Shown in pieces: positions 1-20,523 of a DNA stretch of 64,000 bases (position 1 is its first letter; the number at the start of each line of letters is the position of its first letter). The stretch lies in NCBI RefSeq assembly GCF_964204645.1, contig NC_134025.1, positions 19,815,101-19,879,100 of the forward strand. The letters run 5' to 3'. A program made the translations under genes and the position numbers. The stretch is from Tubulanus polymorphus. Taxonomy: Eukaryota > Animalia > Nemertea. Below the pieces are notes generated by a model. That model was not told the DNA's origin. It did not search any database and saw only the letters and a list, made by a program, of their open reading frames with translations.

Positions 1-105
1 ATGTTCATCAAGGGGCATTGAATTTTTGAATTGTAAGATCTTCAAGCATTCTAGACCACTTTTCCAAGTGGGCATGGTGTCCTTTGACCCCTACATTCAG
101 TATAG
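1..105 (+). mobile_element. 3' end of a HINE/Helentron-related repeat (older subfamily); second copy at ~2190-2295
   Basis: ttccaagtgggcatggtgtcctttgacccctac matches the terminus of the main HINE family. Confidence 0.6.
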
Positions 106-447
106 AGAGTATATAAACCCAGTTGAGATGAAATTTTCATGTTAGGTGTATTATGACACTATACGCAAAATTCTAGTTCCAATTACATTTTGATTTTGAT
201 TGGTTTTGCTTCAGCAATTATACAACAGGCAACCTGATCGGTGCTGCATGAAAACCTGGGAATGTACATGCACACTCGGGCTAGTCAGACAGGGTTTTGT
301 GTTGTGGCTGAGTCTAGAGATGCCATCAGATTTAAATCCCTGCAGAGGGAGGATGGGTGCTGAATGGTTACCCATTCTGATTGCCAATGATTACATACCG
401 GTGCTTCCAAGTTAAGATTTAATCACTGAACCAATTTTTCATTCTAG

Positions 448-8694
<8,247 letters not shown>

Positions 8695-8895
8695 AATACA
8701 AGATGTACAGTTCCAAGGCACAGTTGTGATTTTAAAGTGTAGAAATGATTTTGATTTCAAAGGCCTGTGGCTAGTTGCACAGACATGGCTTGGTTTTAGA
8801 AGACCAATCTTGACCCGGCAAATGCCCCCTTGATCTTATTGTCTTTATATCGGCTTCAGAAGTTTTGTAGTTTCATACCTCAGCCTCGGCTATGT

Positions 8896-9084
8896 AATTG
8901 CAGACCTGGGTACCTGAGATTTTTAATCGTAGTGGTTTGCATCAAAACAGAGTAATTTCACAATAAATTTGTGGTTTAATTGAAAATGAATGGAGGAATT
9001 ATACTGATTTGAGAGTACTGTGATATTTTTGGGAGTAGTTGAGGTCTAAAAAAGTAAAAATCTCAAATACCCAGTTCTGCAATT
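8896..9084. mobile_element. MITE-like inverted-repeat element in the FIGNL1 3' UTR region
   Basis: 29-bp imperfect inverted repeats aattgcagacctgggtacctgagattttt / aaaaatctcaaatacccagttctgcaatt. Confidence 0.6.
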
Positions 9085-9766
9085 GGCCCCCATTGCACAT
9101 TTGTACTTCAAATTCAAATTCTACATAGGCCTACGTATGATAGAAATAAATAAGAACATGAATGATTCTGAATTTATGGTGTTGTTTATTGTACATTGCA
9201 TTAGAATATCACACTTTATTTTATAAAATCAAAATGTTAAAAGAAAAAATATTTCATTACCAATAATATCAATTTTATAATAAGAAAATTTGCCTTTAAA
9301 CGTACATGTCATTCTTACTGTAAGCGCCATCTACCATGCTGGTATATTTCATGAAATGAAACCAAACTTGCCCTAACGCCCAAAATTGCCCAAGTGGTCA
9401 TTGCTGGGAATATCATTATTTTGCCAACTTGTAGAAAACAAATACCGAATACATAAATCAATAACGGTGCATTCCTGACCCTCCAAACAACCATCAAAGT
9501 TAATTTTGGCAGATCATTGAATAAGACAGATAGATCTACTTAGGTTTACATAATGAATGCATAGGTAACAAGAAAATGAAAATTCAGTCAATATATGGTA
9601 GGTATGTTAACCTCCCTTACTATTACTCAACACTATGCAAATTTGGTATCATAGACAAGGCTACGTACTGTGATGCTAGGTACATGTGGGTACACTTGAT
9701 ACTATGATTTAATAACGCGATCATAATACAGGCAATCGGCATAATCTATGAATAAATCTGGTATTG

Positions 9767-9829
9767 TTATGGCCAGCAGATCCTGCTTAATTTGGGTTTC
9801 TTGCATGGTTCTCCCTCAGATGAATTAAC
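9767..9829 (-). CDS. C2orf49: ashwin exon 4 (VNSSEGEPCKKPKLSRICWP*)
   Basis: ttttttcag|GTT...TGG CCA TAA. Confidence 0.8.
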   Translation of the reverse strand, partial: VNSSEGEPCKKPKLSRICWP

Positions 9830-12800
9830 CTGAAAAAATTAGTTAATAATTTCAATGGTGTATGTATAACTATCTCCTTTAGGGATCACAGTGCATACAC
9901 ATGGGGTAAGGGGTTAGATGGTACAAGATGCATACGTGCGTATGTGGGAAGGAAGCTTTGTATCGGCGTTGTTGTTTCGTAAATAGGAATAAAACAGTAC
10001 ATCAGTTAAACAGTTTTATTGACTTTAAATGGTAGCCTGTTGGAAAATTAAATAGGCATAAAAATGTGCCTCCTGCCTCAAGTCTTTTTAGCCCATTTGG
10101 GACTTAAGTCCCAACAGGCTATTGCGTTCACTTTTCGTCCGTCGTCCGTAGACAGAATCCAATTAATTATTTTGGGAAGTTTTAAAGACACTTCAATGTA
10201 ATGTCTCTATATTTGGGTTACACAAGTATCTACCGTATTTTCTGGCTAATAAGCCGATTTTCTAGCCTCAGATTTTTACCCCAAAATATCATGATCGGCT
10301 TATTGGACGGATACGATCTGACCTAAATAATTACTTCCCAAACTATGTCAATCTAATGCTCCTGAGGATCATCAAAATGAATAAGAGTGTTCCATTTTTA
10401 TTTGAGATCATTATTTACTACCAATAATGTATTTAGAACTGTTTTGTTACTTTGTTTCTTTCATCACCTCACAGCAGCAATCTCATACCGCAGCGCTAGT
10501 ACATTTATATATACGCGCGTCAGCAGTCAGCCGCGTGTTTGCGAATGTAGGTTTCAATATATGGTTCTGTGTGTTAGAGATCACCTGAACGGGTCTATAT
10601 ATAGCAGTGACTCGGCAACGATAGTATACACAGCACTCACATATTGTCAGCCTCACACATCGTCAAATAAGACAAACTAATTGAAAAATCAGTGAATTAA
10701 AATCTCCTGATGAAGGGCCTCGGCTTATTGGGCAAAGCAATAAGAAATCCATGTATTTTAGGCTAAAAAACTGCCCTCAGCTTATTGGCCGAGTCGGCTT
10801 AATCGCCGGAAAATACGGTACCCTAGAGACATCTTCAGCCCAAAAACTGGCCCTGTTAGATTCTAAATGGCCGACTGGCAGCCATTGTTGTCGCCAAATG
10901 AGCACTTTACATGTTTTTGAATGAAGTTTTCGAGGGAAATTTTGAAGACGCTTTGATCAATTACCTTGATCTTTCGTATGTATTTGTATCCCCCTTCAAA
11001 TATGAGCCCCTGTGGTGTGTTCGGGGCTTTAGGTAAATACATGTATAAACCAAATATCAAGACAATCCATTGAAGTGTCTTCAAAACTTCTCACAGTAAC
11101 TGGATTCTGTCTATGGACAGATGAACAGACGGATCAGTGGCCTGCTGAGACATAAGTCCCCAGTAGACTAAACTAGGGGTCCAGGGACGCCGTGCCCACT
11201 TGGGAAGTGGTTTCAAATGCTCAACAATCTAACAATTTCAATATTCAACGCCCCTGGTGACCATATACAAAAATCAATGACCTTGAAACTCACCACAATC
11301 ATAGAACATGTCAGCAGCTACGATTTTGTAATTGATTGTGATAACAAAATATGCTTCGTAACCAATGGAAATACTAAGTTATTCAACGCCCCCTAGTGAC
11401 CATATTCAAAACCCAATGACCTTGAAAATAACTAATGTCCTTAAAACTCACCACAATGATAGATGATGTCGTGAGCTACAACTTTGCAATTGACTGTGGT
11501 AACAAAATATGCATTGGTACAAATATGATATAGAAATACTGACAGGGTTCATTGTGTCACTGCTGACAAAAATTCACTGCTATTCACTGCCAATGAAAAG
11601 TCAAATTCACTGCCATTTGGCTACCTAGTAAAGACATGTTACCAAAAGACTACGGATAGAGCCAAAACAAATCATATCATGTAATTTAACTGTTGAGAGA
11701 CTATCGAACCACCAGATAGGTGTAGGGTACTTTTCATGTGAGACTTCAAAGCTCCCAAACCACCGGCTCCAAGTTCGTTTGATTTCATGCAAATTCTACA
11801 TCTAAACTTATGAATACAATTCGGAACACATTCAATCCAGCTACGGTACTCCCGATGATGAAGCCACGAATCTTGAAATGTACACTTTCCCATTTTTCCA
11901 CAGTGTAACGGGCCAGAGATTTTTAAAAAAATCCGAACGCAAACCACTGCCATTTGCAATTTTGTGAAACAGGTGCCTGGACCTAGTAGCCATGGCAACC
12001 ATAAAAATGAAAACTTGTGAATGAAATTGAATTGGTTGGCACGTCGATGTTCACAATACCAATGAATAAAATGAAATTGAATTGCTGTCGGCATGACATT
12101 GTCGGTATATTTCTCGTGACATTTTAAAATTGCCAATCTCAGACAAAATTGAACACATTTCCGAATTCACTGCCCCCTTTCCCATTTCCACTGCCTTTCT
12201 AAAAAATTCACTGCTATTAACAGCCGTGAATAGATTTTTTTCAATTCGCTGCTATTCACTGCTTACACTGCCCGCGACGAACCCTGTACTAAGATATTGT
12301 ATTATTCAACGCCCCCTGGTGGCCATTTACAATGACCTTGAAACTCACGACAATCATAGAAAATGTTATAAGCTACAACTGTCTAATTAATTGTGCTAAC
12401 AAAATATGCTTAGGTATCAATATAATGTCGAAAAACTTTATCCCACCTAAGAATGAGTACTGATGACACAAAGTCGGCTGCCAATTACATCATAATTGGC
12501 TGATCAAAAATACCTGTCTCAGGTATAAAACATCCCTTTCCAAAGCTTACCCATCAGCAATTGCAATGAGAAGTGGCAAACCAGTAGGAAGCTACAGGAC
12601 TCAGAATTTGGGCCAAAATTGACATTTTTGGGCAATAAAAAGGTCCTAGGACGGCCATCTTGAATCCTTGAGACCTGGGCACAAGATAGTGCTTGGTTTT
12701 AGGTTAAAAAGCTGAAATGCTGAAATTTTGGATGTCCCTGAAAAATGATGGCTGTCCCGAAAAATGGGAATCTCTGTTCCTCAAAACAATTTTCAGGGGT

Positions 12801-15800
12801 TGGCAGCTCTGAGGGAGGGTTCAATCATGGAAGCATGTACGCAAGGGGGTTATAGAAAAATTACATACTTTATGCATCAAGGCAAATTCACGGAAAAACT
12901 ATAAATGGAAAAACTCTGGCTAAAATAAAACAGGATTTTTGATTGGCTAATAGTGACAACATCGAAGCCGCTCACTCTGTCTAGTGTGGCAGGGTTTCGT
13001 ACTGTGGCGGGTCTTGATGCCATCAGGTTCAAATCCCTGCCGGGGAGGATGCATAAAATACAGTAAGGTTGGCAGACCTGGATGTTTGTCTGAGGCTGGA
13101 ATATAGAAATGCAATAAGTCATGCATGGCTGAACACTACTGTGTTTTTGAATGGCCCTTAAAATGATGGCCCTCATGAATTGTTCCATGATTATTGTGTA
13201 ATAATCCAATATCAGTAGTGGCTGAACCAGGAATAAGCGCAATTTACACAACCAGGTAGTTTTGTTTTGAATGTTTCCACATGCAGTTTCAGTTCAGGTC
13301 TGCTAAATTCATGGTTCCCATAGTTAAATGAATTCAAAGTTCCTTAGTTTTTCCCAAGTATTTCATGGGTGAGTTTTCAATTTTACCAAATGGAAATATA
13401 TTGTCATGCTACACAGTCCACATTTTAGTGGTGACTGGTAGACTGGTAGAAGGTGATTTAGAAGTGAAATCGCTGAAGAAAGATACTCTTGGCCAAGGCA
13501 ATATGTCAAATGTAATGAATTTCCCAGCTATTTCCCTGACTTTTTCAAATTCCAAAATAATTCCAAATTGGGAATTATCATTTCAAAATTCCCAATTTCT
13601 CTGTACTGTGGGAACCATGTAAATTTTCCAGACTGTTTCTAAAAGCGCGTGATTTATCAAAATAGATATCGGGACATCGCGTGCATGTTTCTGAATTCAA
13701 CTCAAAATCCACACCACGTGGCTTGGGGTAAATTTTGGGGCCGCAGAATTGTTGGAAACAAAACTTACCGGTAAGCAACAAATTGCCTGATTGTACGAAG
13801 CAATAATGAAATTTCTATGATGTTTTATTATGCAGCCGTCAATGAATTGGATTAATCCCCAGCTGAGTCCGCCATCATGAATACTCAATGTTTGTGTAAT
13901 TCAATTATACAAACATTGACTATCGTCTAAAACAGGGCTGCGGGAACGCCACTAAAATACAACATCGGCCGAACATCTGGAACATGGCCATTTTAGACGC
14001 ATGTGCGATAATTTTGTGTTCGCATCCCGAGTTTTATAAAAAATCCTACCATCAGGGATTCGCCTGTGTTTCGAATTTCAGTTATACGAAACCACTGTCC
14101 ACTCCAAAGAACATGAAAATTCCTTCTCTGTGCATTCGTATGAAAATCCATTTTCACATATTTTCATGCTGCCAGGACTCTAAATCGAATGGACATCGAA
14201 TCGGTCGAAATATCGTTGAGTGGTTGAGCTGGTGGGTGGGGGTGGCTAAATCCATTTCATTGACACATTGATCAGCATAAGGGAGATTTACTACATTATT
14301 TTGAATAGAGATGTACTACAAAATGCATTGGCGGTGCGATAAACAGGGGATGGGGCATTATATTGGGGAAGCATGAACATAAATTATATTTTACCGATAT
14401 GGCGTATTCATCTGCTTTCTTCAAATGACAACTTTCAAAATGTCTATTCAAAAAGTCAATTTGAGGTCCTCGTGTCATCGAATTTGAATTGTGCAGCTGC
14501 GGCTGGCTGTGAGTATCAGTACTATTTCTATAACCACGCGTGAAATCACTGGACGGACGCGATAATTTCATCTGTTTTGATGCAGTATTATTAACGACGC
14601 CCTTAGAATGTTTGTCGCCTTCATCATCAGCATGTCTCTTAAAATTGAATTTCTTAATCACTATTTCATCCATATTGACTGAGGAGTCAGTTCTGCAATG
14701 TTTGTGGGTTTCAACTGTATGATGATGACTGGAAGCTGAAGGTGACACCACTTTCAATTGAGTTTGATTTAGCCGCGCTCTGAAACAATAGAACCATAAT
14801 ACAGGGTCGGCAAAAAGCTATATACAGTGGTACCTCGGTTTAACGAACTCGGATACAATGTTTCATCGGATATAACAAATATAGAATTTTGTCCCAAGTA
14901 AGAAAATTAATTAATTTTATACTCGATATAACAACTATCGGTTATAACGAACAGATTTTCTGGTCCTGGGAAGTTTGCTGTAACGAGGTTCCACTGTAAT
15001 ACAGTCAAACCTCATTAATACCATTCAGATTCAATAATGGGGTACCCATAACACTACTGTGGCAATCGAGGATTGTGAAGACGCACCACTTAAGTGGTGT
15101 GCTCATTATTCAACACACTGGGGTGGAATTGTCAAACACACCAGCACTTGGGTATCAATAGGTCAGCACTGAAAGGGTTAATATTTTTCAATAGATAGTT
15201 CGCAAGTGAATAAATAAGGTAATTAAGTGAAACTAGGGGTCCAGGGACACCATGCCCACTTGGGAAGTGGTTTCAAACGCTCAACAATCTAACGATTTCA
15301 ATACATAACGCCCCCTAGTGACCATATAAAAAAACCAATGACCTTGAAACCCACCACTATCATAGAATATGTCAGCAGCTATGATTTTGTAATTGATTGT
15401 GATAACAAAATATGCCTCGTTACAAATTTAATATGGAAATACTAAGTTACTCTACTATTCAGCGCCCCCTGGTGACCATATGCAAAACCCAATGACCTTA
15501 AAACTCACCACAATCGTAGTACATGTCATGGACTACAACTTTGCAATTGATCATGGTCACAAAATATGCCTAGGTACCAATCTAATAAGGAAATACTAAG
15601 TTATTCTACCATTCAACACCCTCTGGTGACTATATGGAATAACTAATGTCCTTAAAAACTCACCACAATCATAGACGATGTCATGAACTACAACTTTGCA
15701 ATTGATCACGGTAACAAAATATGCCTAGGTACCAATCTAATAAGGAAATACTAAGTTATTCTGCTATTCAACATCCCCTGGTGACCATATAGAATAACAT

Positions 15801-18800
15801 ATGTCCTTAAAACTCACCAAAATCAAGGAAGATGTCATGAGCTACAACTTTGCAATTGATTGTGGTAACAAAATATGCATAGGTACAAATATAATATAGA
15901 AATACTAAGTAATTGTATTATTTAACGCCCCCTGGTAGCCATATACAAAAACCAATGACCTTGAAACTCACCAAAATCATAGAACACGTTTGTCGGGCTA
16001 CAACTTTCCAATTGGTTATAGTAACTCAATATGCTAAGGTATCAATTTAATGTGGAAAAACTTTTTCCCACCTATGAATGAGTACTGATGACACCAAGAT
16101 GGCCACCAATTGCGTCATAATTAGCTGATCAAAAATACATGTCTCAGGTATAAAACATCCCTTTCCAAAGAATACCCATCACAAATTGCAATCAGAAATG
16201 GCAAACCAGTAGGAAGCTACAGGACCTAGAATTCCGGCCAAAATTGACATTTTTGGCACTAAAAAGGTCATAGGATCGACCCACTTTTTCTAATGCTGAT
16301 GAACCCTTGGTAGATTCAAATATAAACGAAAGATCAAGGTAATTGATCAAAGCGTCTTCAAAAACTTCAAAAATGTGTAACTAGGGGTCCAGCGACACCA
16401 TGCCAACTTGGGAAATGGTTTCAAATGCTCAACAATCTAACAATTTCAATATTCAACGCCCCCTGGTGACCATATACAAAACCAATGACCTTGAAACTAA
16501 CCACAATCATAGAACATGTCAGCAGCTACAATTTTGTAATTGATTGTGATAACAAAATATGCCTCGTTACCAATTTAATATAAAAAAACTAAGTTATTCT
16601 ACTATTCAACGCCCCTGGTGACCATATTCAAAACCCAATGTCCTTAAAACTCACCACAATCGTTGAACATGTGATGAGCTACAACTTTGCAATTGGTCAT
16701 GGTAACAAAATATGCCTAGGTACCAATATACGGTAATAAGGAAATACTAAGTTATTCTATTATTCAACACCCCCTAGTGGCCATATAGAATAACTAATGT
16801 CCTTGAAACTCACCACAATCATAGACGATGTCATGAGCTACAACTTTGCTATTGATTGTGCTAACAAAATATGCATTGGTATTAATATAATATAGAAATA
16901 CTAAGATATTGTATTATTCAACGAATACCCATCAGCGATTGCAATGAGAAATGGCAAACCAGTAGGAAGCTACAGGACTCAGAATTCGGGCCAAACTTGA
17001 CATTTTTTGGCACTAAAAGGTCATAGGACGGCCATCTTGAGTCCGATCGACCCAATTTTTGTTATGCTTATGGGCCCTGGGGGGATTCAAGTATATACGA
17101 AAGATCAAGGTAATTGATCAAAGCGTCTTCAAAATTTTCCTCAAAAAGTTCAAAAACGTGTAAAAAGTGCTGATTTTGGCGATCAACAATGGCTGCCAGT
17201 CGGCCATCTTGATTCTGACAGGGCCAGTTTTTGGGCTGAAGATGTGTCTAGGGTAGATACATGTGTAACCCAAATATCAAGACATTACATTGAAGCGTCT
17301 TCAAAACTTCCCAAAATAACTGGATTCCGTCGACGGACGGACGGACGACGGACGAAAAGTGAACGCAATAGCCCGCTGGGACTAAAGTCCCAAGTGGGCT
17401 AAAAAGGGGTAGAAAATTGGAAACTCAAACCACTTAAATATTCAAGACTAAAATTATTATAACGGATGTCCGAAGGGTCGATCGTATGTTTATTTTCTCA
17501 GTTCTAAAAGATCTGAGTTGGGTCTACTAACATTGGTAGTCGGTAAAGACAGCCTTCACTAAGTCTTTGCTGTCCGGGCCTAATTCCAACTTTTCCGAGT
17601 ACTAGGTGTGAAAAAGTATAATGATTATACAGTAAAAGCTACTTAGTTCGAAATGCAATGAGTCTAAGAGAAATTCCATTAAACATCATTCATGATGTAT
17701 TTTACATATATTTACATGGACTGTAAAGATATCTGGATAAGATCAAACCCAGATTAAGCTGATCCAAAGTAAGCGAATTTGACTTAGTACATAATTACGA
17801 AATCTTTAAACGTTTGGGTGTGTATATCCTCTGTGAAATCAAAGGGCCAATATACTGAAAGTAAAACTACTACCGGTCCCCTTGAGAATGTCAGGAGTTG
17901 AAGATGCCACATTTCAATAGTTAGTTTAGAGTCAGTCCCACAATATGGCAGCACAGACATGGGCGCTGTAATCTGTTTATTGTGTATTGTCCCTCTAACA
18001 CCTGTAATGGGTTTGAGTTTAGATAAAATTGAAATTAAAGTGAATTGTGCATCAGAGAATTGACTTGGCAGGCCCATAGCGTGAGGAATTACAATATACC
18101 CTCATGGGTTGCAACTTAACAGGGGTCTGAGGTTCATTTGCACCCCCTTTCCCCACATTACGGGGTTGGCCTGTATATGGTACATCTAGGGAATGATACA
18201 GTTTTCAAAATACATGTATCTGTAATTGGGTGTGCAGTGTGTTCCATCAAATATTCTCAAATTAGCAATATCAATATCTACCGTTTTAGCAATGGAGATT
18301 CATCTTCCTCGCCATTCTTCAGTCTTTTTCTGTTAATCTCAATCTGTTTTCGAGTCAGTAACTGGCCATGACAGTTTTTGGGCCTACTGGATAGCCTTTG
18401 GGGCAAAGGAAGCACATTGTCCCTGAAGACATTCATCAATTCATCTCTATTGTTTGTAGTACTCACAGGTACCGGTATACGTCTCTGTAATAGAACATCA
18501 ACATAATAAACTGGTTTCGTAAGAAAGTATGCAATATCAAGGGTGTGACAATATCGGCACATTTTGCTTACAGGTAAAAGGAAGGTTTCAGTAGGATGTT
18601 ACATCCTTAGGCCCAAACCAAAATGACAGAGTATCTAAACATGCATGAACTAGCTGTCATCAAGACAAATAAGCCTAGGCCTACACCAACGGCTGACAAA
18701 ACAGGTTCTACAGTTCTAAGTTCCAACAACCAGTTCCGCAGTTCTAAGTTAAATTTACAAGAGTTACTCATTAATAATCAAAGAGTCTTAACTCAAAGTT

Positions 18801-20523
18801 AGGCTAGACATAACTCATGGGTAGATCCTGGGGGTAGGCCTACTCCAGATACAAAATGCCTCATATTTAATCATATACTTAAACCATTTCAGTGCGCGCC
18901 CCTATCCAGGAAATCAGTAATAAATAAACCGAATATATGCACCCCCTTACTCAAAGGGGGTCACTTTACGTTCAGTTTTTATGGTGGGATTCAAACCATT
19001 AGATTATATGCAGCTGTCAATCTGCTGTCAGTATCCACACCCCTACGACAATGGACAGACTATCGATATCCTTATAACTAGGGGTCCAGGGACACCATGC
19101 CCACTTGGGAAGTGGTTTCAAATGCTGAACAATCTAACAATTTCAATAGGCCTATATAACGCCCTCTTCTTGTGCCCATATACAAAAACCAATGACCTTG
19201 AAACCCACCACAATCATAGAACATGTCAGCAGCTACGATTTTGTAATTGATTGTGATAACAAAATATGCCTCGTTACCAATTTAATATGGAAATAGTAAG
19301 TAATTCTACTATTCAACGCCTCCTGATGACCATATGCAAAAACCCAATGACCTTGAAACTCGCCACAATCATAGAACATGTCATAACTACAACCTTGCAA
19401 TGGATCATGGTAACAAAATATGCCTAGGTACCAATCTAATAAGGATATACTAAGTTCTTCTACTATTGAATGCTCCCTGGTGACCATATAGAATAACTAA
19501 TGTCCTTAAAACTCACCTCAATCATAGATGATGTCATGAGCTACAACTTTGCAATTTATTGTGGTACCAAATTATGCTTAAGTATCAATATAATGTCGAA
19601 AAACTTTTTCCCACCTACGACCGAGTAGGCCTACTGATGATACCAAGATGGCCGCCAATTGCGTCATAATTGGCCGATCAAAAATACCTGCGTCAGGTAC
19701 AAAACATTTCTTTCCAAAGAATACGCGTCACAAATCGCAATGAGAAATTGCAAACCAGTAGGAATCTACAGGACTCAGAATTTGGGCCAAAATTTTTCTC
19801 ATGGTGATGGGCCCTTTGGGGATTCAAATCTGTATTCTGACAGGGCCAGATTTTGGGCTGAAGATGTGTTTAGGGTAGATATAGGCTATACATGCATAAA
19901 GCAAATATCAAGATATTACCTTGAAGCATCTTCAAAACTTCCCAAAATAACTGGATTTTGTCTAGCCTACAGACGGACGGACGGACGGACGAAAAGTGAA
20001 CGCAATAGCCCGCAGGTTAACCAGTCGGTTTGCATAATCCGGTGTCTTTGCTCAGGCATAAACCTAAACGGTTTGCGTAAACCGACTAAACCACTTTCCA
20101 ATGTCAAACCGACATTTCCAACGTGGACGAAAAGTCAAGCTGGCTCAAGTCAAAACGACTTTTCGTTCAGTCGCATTTTTCACTCTACGGCAAACTGGTT
20201 TATGGCGCAGCAAAACCCAAATTAACCGGTTTACATAAACCGATTTCAAACAAATGCGCCTAAAATGTTGAAACTGAATGTACAATACAATAGTGTTCAT
20301 AATTACCGATAGATGGCGGGTGGAGATTTGTAGGTAAAATGTTCAATGAATGTCGATTATTTCGATTATCTACGAGCCATATCTCGACAATTCAGCCCAA
20401 AAATAAAAGCGCGTGCATCGAGTTTTATACCTGTGAGAGTAATTGGACGATCCCCTCAGTTGACAGGATTTCTGGGTGCCACAGACAGAGTTTCTGATCG
20501 TGATTCAGATCTTTGTCCACCAT
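9767..20523 (-). CDS. C2orf49: Ashwin (C2orf49) family protein, tRNA-ligase complex subunit homolog; complement join(20431..20523,18282..18484,14395..14779,9767..9829), 247 aa
   Basis: Four phase-consistent (0,2,0) GT-AG exons. They contain N-terminal LWHPEILS (ashwin LLHPELLS), ELMNVFRDNVLPLPQR (ashwin HAIPLPQR), a low-complexity basic middle, and C-terminal KKPKLSRICWP* (ashwin proteins end in ..I.WP). Confidence 0.85.
10085..10995 (+). mobile_element. HINE (Helentron-associated non-autonomous element), 5' part, interrupted by a MITE
   Basis: ttttt-agcccatttgggact-taagtccca hairpin, (GTCC/GTC)n microsatellite and conserved core. Confidence 0.75.
10233..10818. mobile_element. Tc1/mariner (Tc2/pogo-like) MITE nested in the HINE
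   Basis: TIR CCGTATTTTC(T/C)GGC..TAAGCCGA with TA duplication; removing it restores the HINE core gtatctaccctag. Confidence 0.85.
11172..12670 (-). mobile_element. HINE copy with internal tandem repeats, interrupted by a hAT-like element
   Basis: Begins actaggggtccaggga..gcccacttgggaa; ~150-bp repeat units. Confidence 0.8.
11543..12286 (-). mobile_element. hAT-like internally deleted DNA transposon with zinc-finger transposase remnant
   Basis: TIR CAGGGTTC/GAACCCTG; flanks tactga/tactaa; subterminal TTCACTGC repeats at both ends; ORF 11672..12136 contains MGKCTFQDSWL...W...FRCRICMK...ALKSHMKSTLH (BED/TTF-like finger). Confidence 0.75.
13310..13619. mobile_element. hAT-like MITE with 6-bp TSD; second copy at 25771..26076
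   Basis: TIR CATGGTTCCCA/TGGGAACCATG; TAAATT duplicated on both sides; interior matches 25771-26076. Confidence 0.8.
14395..14779 (-). CDS. C2orf49: ashwin exon 3 (low-complexity, basic)
   Basis: tttcag|A GCG CGG...TCG|gtaaaa; phase fits exons 2 and 4; in frame with ORF 14296..14757. Confidence 0.75.
14825..14996. mobile_element. Tigger/pogo-like MITE
   Basis: TA|CAGTGGTACCTCG...CGAGGTTCCACTG|TA. Confidence 0.75.
15232..17405 (-). mobile_element. Two abutting HINE copies (15232-16379 truncated; 16380-17405 near complete) with 154-bp tandem arrays
   Basis: Repeat-unit landmarks at 15307, 15461, 15615, 15770 and 15924; subTIR gcccacttggga/tcccaagtgggc; (GACG)n; terminal hairpin and A-run. 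Confidence 0.88.
18282..18484 (-). CDS. C2orf49: ashwin exon 2 (RRIPVPV...VLPLPQR...RKRLK...LKR)
   Basis: ttacag|AGA...CG|gtagat; within ORF 18278..18562. Confidence 0.88.
19077..20012 (-). mobile_element. HINE copy in ashwin intron 1
   Basis: Same terminus, about 3 tandem units, core and (GACG)n. Confidence 0.85.
20431..20523 (-). CDS. C2orf49: ashwin exon 1 (MVDKDLNHDQKLCLWHPEILSTEGIVQLLSQ)
   Basis: ATG at 20523; donor CAG|gtataa. Confidence 0.82.

Noticed and set aside
200-415. ORF with an acceptor-like start upstream of the first FIGNL1 exon
   Set aside because: No AAA/Walker A similarity; the expected GPPGTGKT exon must lie before the window.
13697-13787. Possible last exon of ashwin (aatcag|AICCLPVSF...VWILS*)
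   Set aside because: Weak acceptor and no family motif; exon 9767-9829 supplies the expected ..ICWP* terminus in the same phase.
15300-16050. Regularly spaced repeats resembling a CRISPR array
   Set aside because: Whole 154-bp units are homologous with no unique spacers, there are no cas genes, and the context is eukaryotic; this is the HINE internal tandem array.
19659-20225. 188-aa ORF, and others such as 18981..19250 and 12130..12390
   Set aside because: These lie within HINE or other repeat sequence; chance ORFs not maintained in other copies.
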